In this document: positions 25,576 through 35,088 of the stretch, in pieces
Layout: each line of letters begins with the position of its first letter
How positions within the stretch are numbered: position 1 is the first letter of the stretch
Assembly: GCA_963705915.1 (NCBI GenBank)
Contig: OY970126.1
Span: 168,306-232,305, forward strand
Origin: an uncultured bacterium
GTDB lineage: Bacteria > Patescibacteriota > Minisyncoccia > UBA6257 > 2-01-FULL-56-20
DNA length: 64,000 bases
Direction: 5' to 3'
The notes under the pieces: model-generated
Databases searched by the model: none
The model's input: only the letters and a program-made list of their open reading frames with translations
Told to the model about the DNA's origin: nothing
Translations under genes and position numbers: made by a program

Positions 25576-28125
25576 TTGAACTATATGGCCGACGTCATCG
25601 ACTTGAATTCGCTTGCCACCCGTTCGGAAGCCGACATCTTCAAAACGCTCAAAACGTCGGAAAGAGGATTGTCGTCACAGGAGGCAACGAAGCGACTTTC
25701 GCAGTACGGCTCGAATGAATTTGCCGACCGGAAAAAGTTGCAGCCGGTGGGTATCTTTCTTTCAAAATTCAAAAGCCCGCTTTTACTCCTCCTCATCGCC
25801 GCCGCATTTATATCATTTTTCCTCGGGTCGCATATTGAGGCGACGGTTATCTTCGTTATCGTTTTAGGAAGTGCCCTGATTGACTTTGTAAACACCTATA
25901 AATCCGCAAAAGCCGCCGAAGCATTGCAAGAACAGGTGACGATCACCGCCGCCGTCACACGCAACGGTGAACTCAAAGAGCGAAATATGCGCGAGGTGGT
26001 GCCCGGCGACGTTTTTGCGCTTGAGGCCGGCGACTTGGTTCCGGCCGACGGGGTTCTCCTTGAGGGGCGCGACCTCTTTTTAAACGAGAGCGTTCTTACC
26101 GGTGAATCGCTACCCGTAGAAAAAATTACCGAAGGTGAAGCTTTAGCCAAGGACCGTAGCCTAAGGCTTCTCTATCTCGGCACGAGCGTGGTCTCGGGCA
26201 AGGGGACGGCGGTTGCGGTTGCGACTGGCACGCAAACAAAAGTCGGCAACATTGCTGGTAAATTGAAACGTCCGGACACACCGACCGAATTCGAGAAAAA
26301 CCTCAAAGAGTTCAGCCTTTTTATTTTTCGCACAACGATATTTCTCGTGCTTGCGGTCATCCTTTTGAATATATTTGTTTTGGCCCGTGATCCGCTCCAA
26401 ATCTTCCTTTTTGCCGTTGCGATTGCCGTAGGCCTCACGCCCGAGCTTCTGCCGCTCATCGTCACAAGCAATCTCGCCAAAGGGGCCATTGCCATGTCGA
26501 AAGGCGGCGTCATCGTCAAAAAATTGGCGGCAATCCATAACTTTGGCGGCGTGGATGTTCTTTGTACCGATAAGACCGGTACGCTTACCGAGGATCGGAT
26601 TGTCCTTATGCGATCGGTCGATGAATTTGGTAACGAGAGCGAGGACACCTATTATTGGGCTTACGTGAGCAGCCAGCACCTCACCGGCATTCGAGGCGTT
26701 CTCGATAAAGCGATCGAAAATTATAAGAAGATCAACGTGAGCGAGTGGGAAAAAGTGGACGAAATTCCGTTTGATGCCGAACGGCGCATCGAATCGATCA
26801 TTGTTAAAAATAAAAGTAAAGGCGTTTTGATTTCCAAGGGCGCACCGGAGGAAATCATGAAGATTGCGGATTATTACGGAGTGAAGGATCGAAAGAAGCT
26901 CACCGCCGCCACCCGCGCCAATATTAATAAAGAATACGAACATCTCTCCACGAACGGGTTTCGCGTGCTCGCTGTTGGCGTCAAAGATGTTGAGGTAAAA
27001 AAAACGCCATACAGCACATCCGACGAGAAAGGCCTTTCATTCATTGGTTTTTTGGCGTTTCTTGATCCGCCGAAACGAAGCGTGAAGGATACGCTTAAAA
27101 AGATGGCCATCTATAATGTCGGTATCAAAATTATCACCGGCGACAATTTTCTCGTAACAAAAAAGATTGCAGAAGAAATTGGCTTGCCGGTTAAAGATCC
27201 GCTCACGGGCGACGACCTTGCAAAACTCGACGAGCATCAACTGAAGCGCCGGGTGGAAGGAACGAATATTTTTACGCGTGTGAATCCGGAGCAAAAAGAG
27301 GCGATCATCCGCGCGCTCCGCGCGAACGGCCATGTGGTTGCCTACATGGGCGACGGGGTGAACGATGTGCTTTCCATTAAAGAAGCCGATGTTGGCATCT
27401 CGGTGAATAATGCCGTGGATATCGCGAAAGAAACGGCCGACATCATCTTGCTTCGCAAGGGCCTCGGTGAGATCATCGACGGCATCGTCGAAGGACGAAA
27501 GACATTCGCGAACACATTCAAATATCTCATGATGGCTTTGAGTTCGAACTTCGGCAATATGTTTAGCATGCCGATCGCTTCCATCTTTTTGCCATTTTTG
27601 CCGATGACCGCTCCGCAGATTTTACTCAATAATTTTCTCTACGACTCATCTCAGCTTGCAATTCCTTTTGACCACGTCGACCCTGACTTCCTTGTGCGGC
27701 CAAAAAAATTCGATATCAAATTCATGAAGAGGTTCATGATGATATTTGGCCCCCTGAGCTCGTGTTTCGACTTCGTGACATTTGGAGTGCTACTCTACGT
27801 GTTGCATGCTTCCGGGGCTACGTTCCAGACCGGCTGGTTCTTGGAATCAATCGCCACGCAGACCCTTGTCGTGAATATTATTCGCAGCCGCATGAATTTT
27901 TGGCAAAACGGTGGCCCAAGCAAGGCGCTTGCCTTTGCAACGATCGGTGCCGTTGCCGTGGGATGGCTTCTCACCTATTCGCCGCTCGGGCCCGCGCTCA
28001 ACTTTACCCATTTTGGATGGTATCCCGATCTCCTTATCCTTATTATTGTCACCGCCTATCTTTTTGCCGTTGAGATCGCTAAGAAGTATTTCTACCGCCG
28101 ATATGGCTATTTGATTGAAAAGTAA
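25576..28125 (+). CDS. mgtA: P-type ATPase, Mg2+-importing (MgtA/MgtB-like)
   Basis: 849 aa with phosphorylation motif CTDKTGTLTE, ATP-binding GDGVNDVLSIKEADVGI, about 10 transmembrane helices, and an MgtA-like N-terminus (RLSQYGSNEF). An adjacent MgtC supports the Mg2+ assignment. Confidence 0.75.
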   Translation: MNYMADVIDLNSLATRSEADIFKTLKTSERGLSSQEATKRLSQYGSNEFADRKKLQPVGIFLSKFKSPLLLLLIAAAFISFFLGSHIEATVIFVIVLGSALIDFVNTYKSAKAAEALQEQVTITAAVTRNGELKERNMREVVPGDVFALEAGDLVPADGVLLEGRDLFLNESVLTGESLPVEKITEGEALAKDRSLRLLYLGTSVVSGKGTAVAVATGTQTKVGNIAGKLKRPDTPTEFEKNLKEFSLFIFRTTIFLVLAVILLNIFVLARDPLQIFLFAVAIAVGLTPELLPLIVTSNLAKGAIAMSKGGVIVKKLAAIHNFGGVDVLCTDKTGTLTEDRIVLMRSVDEFGNESEDTYYWAYVSSQHLTGIRGVLDKAIENYKKINVSEWEKVDEIPFDAERRIESIIVKNKSKGVLISKGAPEEIMKIADYYGVKDRKKLTAATRANINKEYEHLSTNGFRVLAVGVKDVEVKKTPYSTSDEKGLSFIGFLAFLDPPKRSVKDTLKKMAIYNVGIKIITGDNFLVTKKIAEEIGLPVKDPLTGDDLAKLDEHQLKRRVEGTNIFTRVNPEQKEAIIRALRANGHVVAYMGDGVNDVLSIKEADVGISVNNAVDIAKETADIILLRKGLGEIIDGIVEGRKTFANTFKYLMMALSSNFGNMFSMPIASIFLPFLPMTAPQILLNNFLYDSSQLAIPFDHVDPDFLVRPKKFDIKFMKRFMMIFGPLSSCFDFVTFGVLLYVLHASGATFQTGWFLESIATQTLVVNIIRSRMNFWQNGGPSKALAFATIGAVAVGWLLTYSPLGPALNFTHFGWYPDLLILIIVTAYLFAVEIAKKYFYRRYGYLIEK

Positions 28126-28165
28126 GCCCCGTTGGCTTTACGGTCAGAACTCGAAGCGCGTCGTT

Positions 28166-29293
28166 CTAAGTAATTTTCTTATCCGATCGTGCAAGCAACG
28201 GCACAATCGGTTTTATGATTTCGTCGAGGGTAAAACCAAAGACGCCAAGCGTGGCGTCTGTTATATCAAGCGCATAGAATCGTTTTCCGACCATCTGGGT
28301 AAGTGAGCGTGTGATGCCATCTGGGCAGCGATAGAAGACCCGGTCGTGCCAGGAAGCGCGATCGCCGAGTTCTGGGTAATAGTCCATGATGGTTTGGACG
28401 TTTTCGGCGTAGCGGATGGCGAGCGGTTCGCGACTCTGTGGCATAAAGAGAATGCTATTATTCTTATGCTCCCGGATTTCATAGGCGAATTCTTTGAACG
28501 ACGCAGCGTTCGTGAGGTTGATGGCGCCATTCGGCTCAAAGCCGTGACGATCGCCGCCAGCAACCATCGGCAGGCCAATTTCTTTGGCGATTTTTGAAAC
28601 GCGCCCATTCATTTCCCAAGGCTGAAGGGCGTTGATTTCGAGGGCGTGGATCACCTGATGGTGGTGAGCTAGAAAATCCTCAACCATCGATGCGTGAATT
28701 TCGTGACCGATTTGCCCTTGATCTGAAAGTGGATGATTGAGGACGATGAGTGAATCTGGCATATCCGCAATTTTTTTCAGAATCTCATTGAGGATATTCG
28801 GAGTAGGATGTTTGGTATATTCGCAAAAAGACTTTAAACATGCTTGGGCTTCGCGTGGCGGTAGGTTGTGCATCCCGACATGAAAAACGGCGGTTTTGTA
28901 GGGCACGGTCCATTCCAAAGAGACCGGAATGTCCGGTCCCGCTCGATGATCCGTTCGCAGGCTCTCGCACGCAGCGATTTCATCATGGTCGGTGAGTGAT
29001 ACGAACGCTTTCAGTCCGAGTTGTTCAATCTGTTCCGCCTCAAGATCGTAGGCAGCTTCCGGCGAGACGGGAGAGGTCCAGTAGCCGTTATGGTAATTAA
29101 ACTCTTCTTTCCATTTACGCTTATGGCGCTGTTCTGCCCAGTGGATTACGCTTGGCACAAGCAGCATGTTGTTGATAGCGCTTGGGAAAAATCCCAAACC
29201 CTCTTTTGATTGTGACGTGTGCCCGTGCAAAGAAATGCCAGTTCGAAACTCACCCGCGTGGCGGTTTTTCCAATGGTAGAAAAACCGGGTCAT
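28166..29293 (-). CDS. PHP-family metal-dependent phosphoesterase
   Basis: PHP motifs LHGHTSQS, SLTDHD, VLNHPL and GGDRHG. Confidence 0.5.
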   Translation of the reverse strand: MTRFFYHWKNRHAGEFRTGISLHGHTSQSKEGLGFFPSAINNMLLVPSVIHWAEQRHKRKWKEEFNYHNGYWTSPVSPEAAYDLEAEQIEQLGLKAFVSLTDHDEIAACESLRTDHRAGPDIPVSLEWTVPYKTAVFHVGMHNLPPREAQACLKSFCEYTKHPTPNILNEILKKIADMPDSLIVLNHPLSDQGQIGHEIHASMVEDFLAHHHQVIHALEINALQPWEMNGRVSKIAKEIGLPMVAGGDRHGFEPNGAINLTNAASFKEFAYEIREHKNNSILFMPQSREPLAIRYAENVQTIMDYYPELGDRASWHDRVFYRCPDGITRSLTQMVGKRFYALDITDATLGVFGFTLDEIIKPIVPLLARSDKKIT

Positions 29294-29766
29294 CGAATTG
29301 ACGGATCGGCGTGCTCTACGCGCTCCGAGATATTAAGCGCTCGGAGAAGATATAGCAGCAGTGTCATGATAAGGGCCGTGACAAAAGCAAACCGAAAAAG
29401 GCCTAAGCCGGCCAGAATGCCGATGCCAGCGGTTGTCCAGACGAGCGCTGCCGTCGTGAGCCCGCGGGCATGATCGTTCGTGTGGATGATAAGGCCGGCG
29501 CCCAAGAAACCAATGCCGACCACGATATTTGCGATAATACCGAATGCGCTGTTTGCCGCCGTGACGTCGGGGACTGTTCCAAGGCTTGTAGCGGTTATAT
29601 AGGGGAGCACGAGGCCGATCATCGCAAAGATCGAGGCACCGCCGGCGACGAGCATTTCGGTTCGAACGCCGGCTTCTTTGCCGACAATCTCACGTTCGAT
29701 GCCGAGGAGCGCACCAAGCGCCAGCGCAACGATAAAGCGCACGAGCATTTGTTCAAAACTCAACAT
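29290..29766 (-). CDS. mgtC: MgtC/SapB family membrane protein
   Basis: ALALGALLGIEREIVGKEAGVRTEMLVAGGASIFAMIG matches the MgtC signature; 158 aa. Confidence 0.8.
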   Translation of the reverse strand: MLSFEQMLVRFIVALALGALLGIEREIVGKEAGVRTEMLVAGGASIFAMIGLVLPYITATSLGTVPDVTAANSAFGIIANIVVGIGFLGAGLIIHTNDHARGLTTAALVWTTAGIGILAGLGLFRFAFVTALIMTLLLYLLRALNISERVEHADPSIR

Positions 29767-29809
29767 TATATTAATATTAGCACATTACTTTTTACGTAAA
29801 TCCACATCA

Positions 29810-31198
29810 ATGCGTACCGCTATTGCAGATATTGTCCATAAAGAAGGCGACGAAGTCGAATTGTTTGGTTGGGTGCATGCTCGCCGCGACCACGGAAAAT
29901 TAGTCTTTATCGATCTCCGCGACCGGAGCGGGCTTGCCCAAGTTGTTTTCGGTCCGCAGATCAAAAACGCTTCTGAACTTCGCCTTGAATACGTGGTAAA
30001 GGTGACCGGCACCGTTCAAAAACGGCCACAGAATATGGTGAATGAAAAAATCCCGACCGGGTATTTTGAAGTGAATGCAACCGGCCTCGACATTTTAAAT
30101 GTCTCCACTGAGCTTGCCATTCCTGTCGATACCGATGGCTACGAGATCAACGAAGAAAAGCGCTTACAGTATCGCTATCTTGATCTTCGTCGTGAACGAT
30201 TAAAAAACAACTTGGTGTTGCGTCATCGCTTGATTAAATTTGTCCGGGATTTTCTCGATGAACGAGGCTTTTTGGAGATCGAAACCCCCAACCTTACCAA
30301 GTCCACACCGGAAGGCGCACGTGATTATCTCGTACCATCGCGCGTCCAAAACGGCAAATTTTACGCCTTACCGCAATCACCGCAGCAATATAAGCAGCTG
30401 CTCATGGTCGGCGGCATTGAAAAATATTTTCAAATTGCGCGATGCTTCCGCGATGAAGATACTCGCGGCGACCGGCAGCCTGAGTTTACGCAGCTCGATC
30501 TTGAGATGAGCTTTGTTGAGCAGGAGGATATTCTCAATCTCAACGAGGAGCTTTTAATTGCGATTGTAAAGAAATTGGCACCGGAAAAAAAGATTCAGCA
30601 AATCCCGTTTCCGCGTCTCACGTATCAGCATGTGATGGAAAAATATAAAACAGACCGTCCAGATATCCGTGAGGACAAGAACGATCCAAACCTGCTTGCG
30701 TTTTGCTGGGTGCTCGACTTTCCGTTCTTCGAAAAAACAGAAGAAGGTGGCTGGACCTTTACCCATAATCCGTTTTCTGCTCCCAAAAAGGAATATATGG
30801 ACGATCTGCTCGCCGGGAAAAATGTCCAGGATATTCTTACGACCCAGTATGACGTCGTGATGAATGGCCTTGAGATTGGCGGTGGCAGCATCCGTAACCA
30901 CAACCCCGAGGCGCTCAACGCCGTTTTCAAAATTATGGGATATAACGAAGATCAAGTCGCTGCGAAGTTCAAGCATATGCTTGATGCATTGGGGAGCGGC
31001 GCGCCGCCGCACGGCGGTATCGCCTGGGGCCTCGACCGACTCATCTCGCTCATCGCCGCCGAGCCGAACATCCGGGAAGTGATCGCGTTTCCGAAGACTG
31101 GTGACGGACGAGATCCGATGATGGGGTCGCCGTCCGAGGTGGACAAGAAGCAGCTCGATGAACTAGGATTGGAAATAAAGAAAAGCAACAATAATTAA
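29810..31198 (+). CDS. aspS: Aspartyl-tRNA synthetase, bacterial type, lacking the GAD insertion domain
   Basis: Motif 2 FQIARCFRDEDTRGDRQPEFTQLDLEMSF and motif 3 GGGSIR..GLDRL. Only about 462 aa, with about 95 aa between motif 2 and HNPFSAP. Start taken at the internal Met; the upstream part of the 29678 ORF overlaps mgtC. Confidence 0.8.
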   Translation: MRTAIADIVHKEGDEVELFGWVHARRDHGKLVFIDLRDRSGLAQVVFGPQIKNASELRLEYVVKVTGTVQKRPQNMVNEKIPTGYFEVNATGLDILNVSTELAIPVDTDGYEINEEKRLQYRYLDLRRERLKNNLVLRHRLIKFVRDFLDERGFLEIETPNLTKSTPEGARDYLVPSRVQNGKFYALPQSPQQYKQLLMVGGIEKYFQIARCFRDEDTRGDRQPEFTQLDLEMSFVEQEDILNLNEELLIAIVKKLAPEKKIQQIPFPRLTYQHVMEKYKTDRPDIREDKNDPNLLAFCWVLDFPFFEKTEEGGWTFTHNPFSAPKKEYMDDLLAGKNVQDILTTQYDVVMNGLEIGGGSIRNHNPEALNAVFKIMGYNEDQVAAKFKHMLDALGSGAPPHGGIAWGLDRLISLIAAEPNIREVIAFPKTGDGRDPMMGSPSEVDKKQLDELGLEIKKSNNN

Positions 31199-31203
31199 AA
31201 AAT

Positions 31204-31806
31204 ATGAAACATCCAAAAGAAGAGCGAACGCTCGTCGTCATCAAGCCAGACGGTATTGAACGGTCGCTCATCGGCGAGATCGTTAAGCGCTATGAGCAAA
31301 GTGGTTTGAAGCTCGTCGGTTTGAAAATGTTTGTGCCGACCGAAGAGCTTATCGAAAAACATTACTTGCTGGATCCGGAATGGCCGATGAAGACCGGTAT
31401 GAAAACGATTGAATCCTATAAATCAAAAGGGCAAAAGTCGCCATCGGATGATCCGCTTAAGATTAGCGAGGTCATTCTGAGGAACCTCAAGCGTTATATG
31501 GCAAAAGGCCCGGTCATAGCGATGGTGTGGCAGGGGATTCATGCGGCCGGCGTAGTGAAGAAAATAACCGGCAGCACCGAGCCGCTCACCTCGCAAATGG
31601 GAACCATCCGTGGGGATTATACGATCGATTCGTATCAGATCTCGGACGTCGACGATCGCGCCGTGCGGAATTTGGTGCACTGCTCCGGCAATACAAAAGA
31701 AGCTGAACAGGAAGTTGACCTTTGGTTCAAACCAAACGAACTCATCGATTACCGCCTCATTAACGAAGAAATCTTGTACGACTCCGAACTGAACAAAATC
31801 CTTTAG
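31204..31806 (+). CDS. ndk: Nucleoside diphosphate kinase (with an internal insertion of about 45 aa)
   Basis: ERTLVVIKPDGIERSLIGEIVKRYEQSGLKLVGLKM, the active-site NLVHCSG and EVDLWF. Confidence 0.8.
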   Translation: MKHPKEERTLVVIKPDGIERSLIGEIVKRYEQSGLKLVGLKMFVPTEELIEKHYLLDPEWPMKTGMKTIESYKSKGQKSPSDDPLKISEVILRNLKRYMAKGPVIAMVWQGIHAAGVVKKITGSTEPLTSQMGTIRGDYTIDSYQISDVDDRAVRNLVHCSGNTKEAEQEVDLWFKPNELIDYRLINEEILYDSELNKIL

Positions 31807-31812
31807 TTTTTC

Positions 31813-32286
31813 ATGAAGACAACGACGCTCTGCTACCTTCTCCGCGACGGCGAGGTTCTGCTTGGTATGAAGAAAGAAGGGCCGCAGGGTTTTGGCGTTG
31901 GTAAATGGAACGGTATCGGCGGGAAAGTTGAAGAAGATGAATCAATTGAAGAAGCTGCGATCAGGGAAACAAAAGAAGAGATCGGCGTAGATATTGATGC
32001 AGCCGATCTTATTTCAATGGGTTCGATCAGTTTCGTATATGAGGACATTCCTGATTGGGATCAGGTTGTAAATGTTTTTATAACAACAAGGTGGTCCAGC
32101 CAACCTGTTGAATCGCGGGAGATGCGTCCGCAGTGGTTCCCCATTGATAAGCTGCCGTTCGCATCCATGTGGAGCGACGACGAACACTGGCTGCCGCTTG
32201 TGCTTCAGGGGAAGACGATTTGGGGCGAATTTGTTTTGGATCAAAAGGGAACCGTCGTGAAGCGTTTCACGGTGGACGAAGCGTAA
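31813..32286 (+). CDS. NUDIX hydrolase
   Basis: Nudix box GGKVEEDESIEEAAIRETKEEIGV. Confidence 0.8.
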   Translation: MKTTTLCYLLRDGEVLLGMKKEGPQGFGVGKWNGIGGKVEEDESIEEAAIRETKEEIGVDIDAADLISMGSISFVYEDIPDWDQVVNVFITTRWSSQPVESREMRPQWFPIDKLPFASMWSDDEHWLPLVLQGKTIWGEFVLDQKGTVVKRFTVDEA

Positions 32287-32315
32287 CAAATAAGGGTGCG
32301 GGAAAGTATTAATAC

Positions 32316-32705
32316 GTGGAACACTATTTCATTTTGAGGGATGCTACCGTGAAGATTGTGAAGCAGGGAGTATATACCGTACGCAGGGAAGAGGCGACAA
32401 AGATGACGTTTCAAGAAGTATTGCACGCTGACCACAACGTCGCGGCGCATTTTCGAAGAGAGACCCAGCTTTGCCGGGAGTGTCGCACTGAATTCTCGTT
32501 AGAACCGGGAGATATGATTCTGCGACGCCGCGAAGTCTTGCGGGGTGAACACAAGATCGAAAAGAATGTTTTCTACGTGAACTGTCCTGGGTGTTATTTG
32601 CTCCAGTGTCTCTTTGAAGAAGAATTGGGGAATACCCGTTTTTCCATGGCATCCAGAGTGTTCGAGGAAGCGAGGCAGCCCGCGCAACTTCCACTCGCAG
32701 CATAA
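32316..32705 (+). CDS. hypothetical Cys-containing small protein
   Basis: 129 aa with CRECR...CPGC. Same strand as the NUDIX gene, followed by a terminator. The overlapping antisense ORF 32344-32826 is rejected. Confidence 0.4.
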   Translation: MEHYFILRDATVKIVKQGVYTVRREEATKMTFQEVLHADHNVAAHFRRETQLCRECRTEFSLEPGDMILRRREVLRGEHKIEKNVFYVNCPGCYLLQCLFEEELGNTRFSMASRVFEEARQPAQLPLAA

Positions 32706-32715
32706 CCAACCAGCC

Positions 32716-32747
32716 GGTCGCCGCTCTGTTCGCGGCGGCTTTTTTTA
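32716..32747 (+). terminator. Rho-independent terminator
   Basis: CGCCGC-TCTGTTC-GCGGCG hairpin followed by TTTTTTT. Confidence 0.5.
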
Positions 32748-33497
32748 TTGACCTTCGCCGGTTTTTGAAAAAGCTTTCACAATGGCATCCATATCGCCCT
32801 CCATAATTTTTTCGATGTTGTGCCACTTTTTGCCGATGCGGTGATCGGTGATGCGGTCGTCGGGAAAATTGTAGGTTCGGATTTTTTCGGATCGATCTGC
32901 CGAGCCGACCTGTTCGCGCCGAAGGTCAGTGATAGAACCGGTCGCCCGATGCTGCTCGATTTCATAAAGTTTTGCGCGCAATACCTCCATGGCTTTTTCC
33001 CGATTCGCATATTGTGACCGCTCTTCACGCGAGGCTACCACGATGCCGGTCGGTTTATGAAGAATACGGACTGCGGTTTCTACCTTGTTCACATTCTGTC
33101 CGCCGGGACCTCCCGCACGAGAGAATGTCACCTCAAGATCGTTCGGTGCAATATTCACTTCGCGGGCTTCCACGATTGGCAAGACAGCGACCGATGCCGT
33201 TGATGTGTGCACGCGCCCGGACTTTTCAGTCTTTGGGATTCGCTGTACGCGATGAACGCCAGATTCATTTTTGAACGCTTCGTACGTCCCTTCGCCCCTG
33301 ATTTCCGCAACGAGTGATTTATAGCCTTGAAGCGACGTCTCGTTTGCGTCAAGGATGGAGAATCCCCAGCCTCGTTTTACGGCATAGCGTTGATACATGC
33401 GGGCCAGGTCTCCCACAAAAAGCGAAGCTTCATCGCCTCCGGCACCCGCCCGAATTTCCATAATAATCTTATTGGTTGTCATATTAATTTTGTCCAA
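32745..33497 (-). CDS. prfA: Peptide chain release factor 1-like protein lacking N-terminal domain 1
   Basis: Begins at the RF domain 2 motif [11 protein letters not shown]. Carries the RF1-type recognition tripeptide context QRIPKTE...HTS and the GGQ motif (GPGGQNVNK). 250 aa against about 360 for RF1. Confidence 0.75.
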   Translation of the reverse strand: MDKINMTTNKIIMEIRAGAGGDEASLFVGDLARMYQRYAVKRGWGFSILDANETSLQGYKSLVAEIRGEGTYEAFKNESGVHRVQRIPKTEKSGRVHTSTASVAVLPIVEAREVNIAPNDLEVTFSRAGGPGGQNVNKVETAVRILHKPTGIVVASREERSQYANREKAMEVLRAKLYEIEQHRATGSITDLRREQVGSADRSEKIRTYNFPDDRITDHRIGKKWHNIEKIMEGDMDAIVKAFSKTGEGQ

Positions 33498-33525
33498 CGA
33501 ACTATGCTATGATAATAGCAAATAC

Positions 33526-33915
33526 ATGCCGAATCAACCGGTTATCCTCATCGTCGACGACGACCCCGCCTTCCGCGAGATTTTCAGCACGAAACTTTCT
33601 TCGGAAGGATATCGAACCGAGACCGCAGAAGACGGAAAGGTTGCCATTGAAAAAACGAAGCAACTCAGGCCTGATCTCGTTCTCATGGATGTGAATATGC
33701 CGGTCATGGATGGGGCAACAGCTACGCTTAAGCTTCGGGAAGACCCCGATACAAAAAATACGAAGGTGGCGTTTCTCACGAGCCTTGGCGATCCTCGTCT
33801 CGACATGGAACAATTGAACATGAAATTCTCGGAAGACTTCGGTGCGCAAGGATATCTCAAAAAAACCGACGACCTTGATCGGCTCGCCGAGCAGATTAAA
33901 AAATTTTTAACGTAG
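33526..33915 (+). CDS. Stand-alone response-regulator receiver domain protein
   Basis: VILIVDDDPAFREIF...DLVLMDVNMPVMDG. Start at an internal Met of the 33397 ORF, so the coordinate is within about 1 nt. Confidence 0.7.
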   Translation: MPNQPVILIVDDDPAFREIFSTKLSSEGYRTETAEDGKVAIEKTKQLRPDLVLMDVNMPVMDGATATLKLREDPDTKNTKVAFLTSLGDPRLDMEQLNMKFSEDFGAQGYLKKTDDLDRLAEQIKKFLT

Positions 33916-33917
33916 CT

Positions 33918-34313
33918 ATGCGTGAAAAACCTCTCATCTTGGTTGTGGACGACGAACCAAATTTGCTCGAGATCATGTCGACAAAACTCGCGGCATCAGG
34001 TTTCGAGCCGGTCGTGGCCTACAACGGAAAAGAAGCCATAGACGCTGCAGTGAAACTCCAGCCGGACCTCATTTTGATGGATATTCATATGCCGGGCGAA
34101 ACTGGCACTGATGCGGCGCTTTCCATAAAACAGAATCCTGCGACAAAAAATATCCGCGTGGCATTCCTGAGCAACATGAAGGATCCGTGGCCATCGGTGA
34201 TGGCGGACAAGAAAGACGTAAGCTTGCAGATGGGCATCGAGGATTTTATCGACAAGACTGCGGATTTGGACGCGATCGTCGCGAAAATCCGAGAGCTTTT
34301 GGCAAAGAAATAA
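33918..34313 (+). CDS. Stand-alone response-regulator receiver domain protein (second of a tandem pair)
   Basis: LILVVDDEPNLLEIM...DLILMDIHMPGETG; 131 aa with no output domain. Confidence 0.7.
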   Translation: MREKPLILVVDDEPNLLEIMSTKLAASGFEPVVAYNGKEAIDAAVKLQPDLILMDIHMPGETGTDAALSIKQNPATKNIRVAFLSNMKDPWPSVMADKKDVSLQMGIEDFIDKTADLDAIVAKIRELLAKK

Positions 34314-34358
34314 AAGCCCCCGAGTTAAGCCTGGAGGCTTGTTTTCGCACGAAGATTT

Positions 34359-34955
34359 TTAGTCAATACCCATCGAATCTTTTTCTAGCAGCAAAGAGGG
34401 TGTTTCTGCTGTGGTGTGGCGCGGGCTTTTGAAGAAATTTCGCAGCCAGGACATGAGAAACCAAGATGCGAAAAAGAAAAACCCGAGCCATTTGAAATGT
34501 TTGATCAACGGCAGGAAATTCATTCCGACGAGCATGACGCCAAGCGTGACATCCCGTACGCTGCTCACCCCGAGTGTTATGAAGAGCGCAACGTGTCGCG
34601 GGACGGACAAGAGTCGGCCGGTGGTCAAGGCGATCTGTATGTTCAAAAAACTAGTACACGCAACGGCTGCATTGGGGGATAGGCTTTTTATGTCGGTGCC
34701 GGGGGCAAGGGGTGTGTGCTTTTCGATCCATTGCTGGGCGCTTTCGATGGCGTTCTTGATGGGAGCGATGCGTGAAAAGTCATGATAGGCGATTGCCCAG
34801 AGCATGACGGTAAAAAGATCACCACACAGCGTACCCATGCCAATGAAAAAACGCGGGGGATATCCGAGTCCTTGAAGCATAGGCATGCCAAGGGGCGTAT
34901 AGGCGAAGCAGAGGAACAACGCCAAGATAAGCTTCACGGCGATAACACCTCGCAA
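34359..34955 (-). CDS. hypothetical polytopic membrane protein
   Basis: 198 aa with about 5 hydrophobic helices and no motifs. Confidence 0.35.
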   Translation of the reverse strand: MRGVIAVKLILALFLCFAYTPLGMPMLQGLGYPPRFFIGMGTLCGDLFTVMLWAIAYHDFSRIAPIKNAIESAQQWIEKHTPLAPGTDIKSLSPNAAVACTSFLNIQIALTTGRLLSVPRHVALFITLGVSSVRDVTLGVMLVGMNFLPLIKHFKWLGFFFFASWFLMSWLRNFFKSPRHTTAETPSLLLEKDSMGID

Positions 34956-35088
34956 GGTAAGTAACTAAAATTATTATTTCATAAAAATCTGAACTTGGCA
35001 ACAGCGTTGCTGCTCAATGTACAACAAAGAAAAAAGCCCCGGCGAATTGCTTCGCGCGAGGCTTTGTTGAAAAGAGCTGTTGTTGAGG

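Noticed and set aside
26161-26943. 260-aa antisense ORF inside the P-type ATPase gene
   Set aside because: It is entirely within the mgtA-like CDS on the opposite strand, with no motifs. The sense frame contains all the P-type ATPase signature motifs.
29678-29809. N-terminal 44-aa extension of the aspS ORF
   Set aside because: It overlaps mgtC on the opposite strand. The conserved AspRS N-terminus begins at the internal Met (29810).
32344-32826. 160-aa minus-strand ORF
   Set aside because: Arg-rich with no motifs. It overlaps the plus-strand Cys-containing ORF, which has a downstream terminator and operon context.
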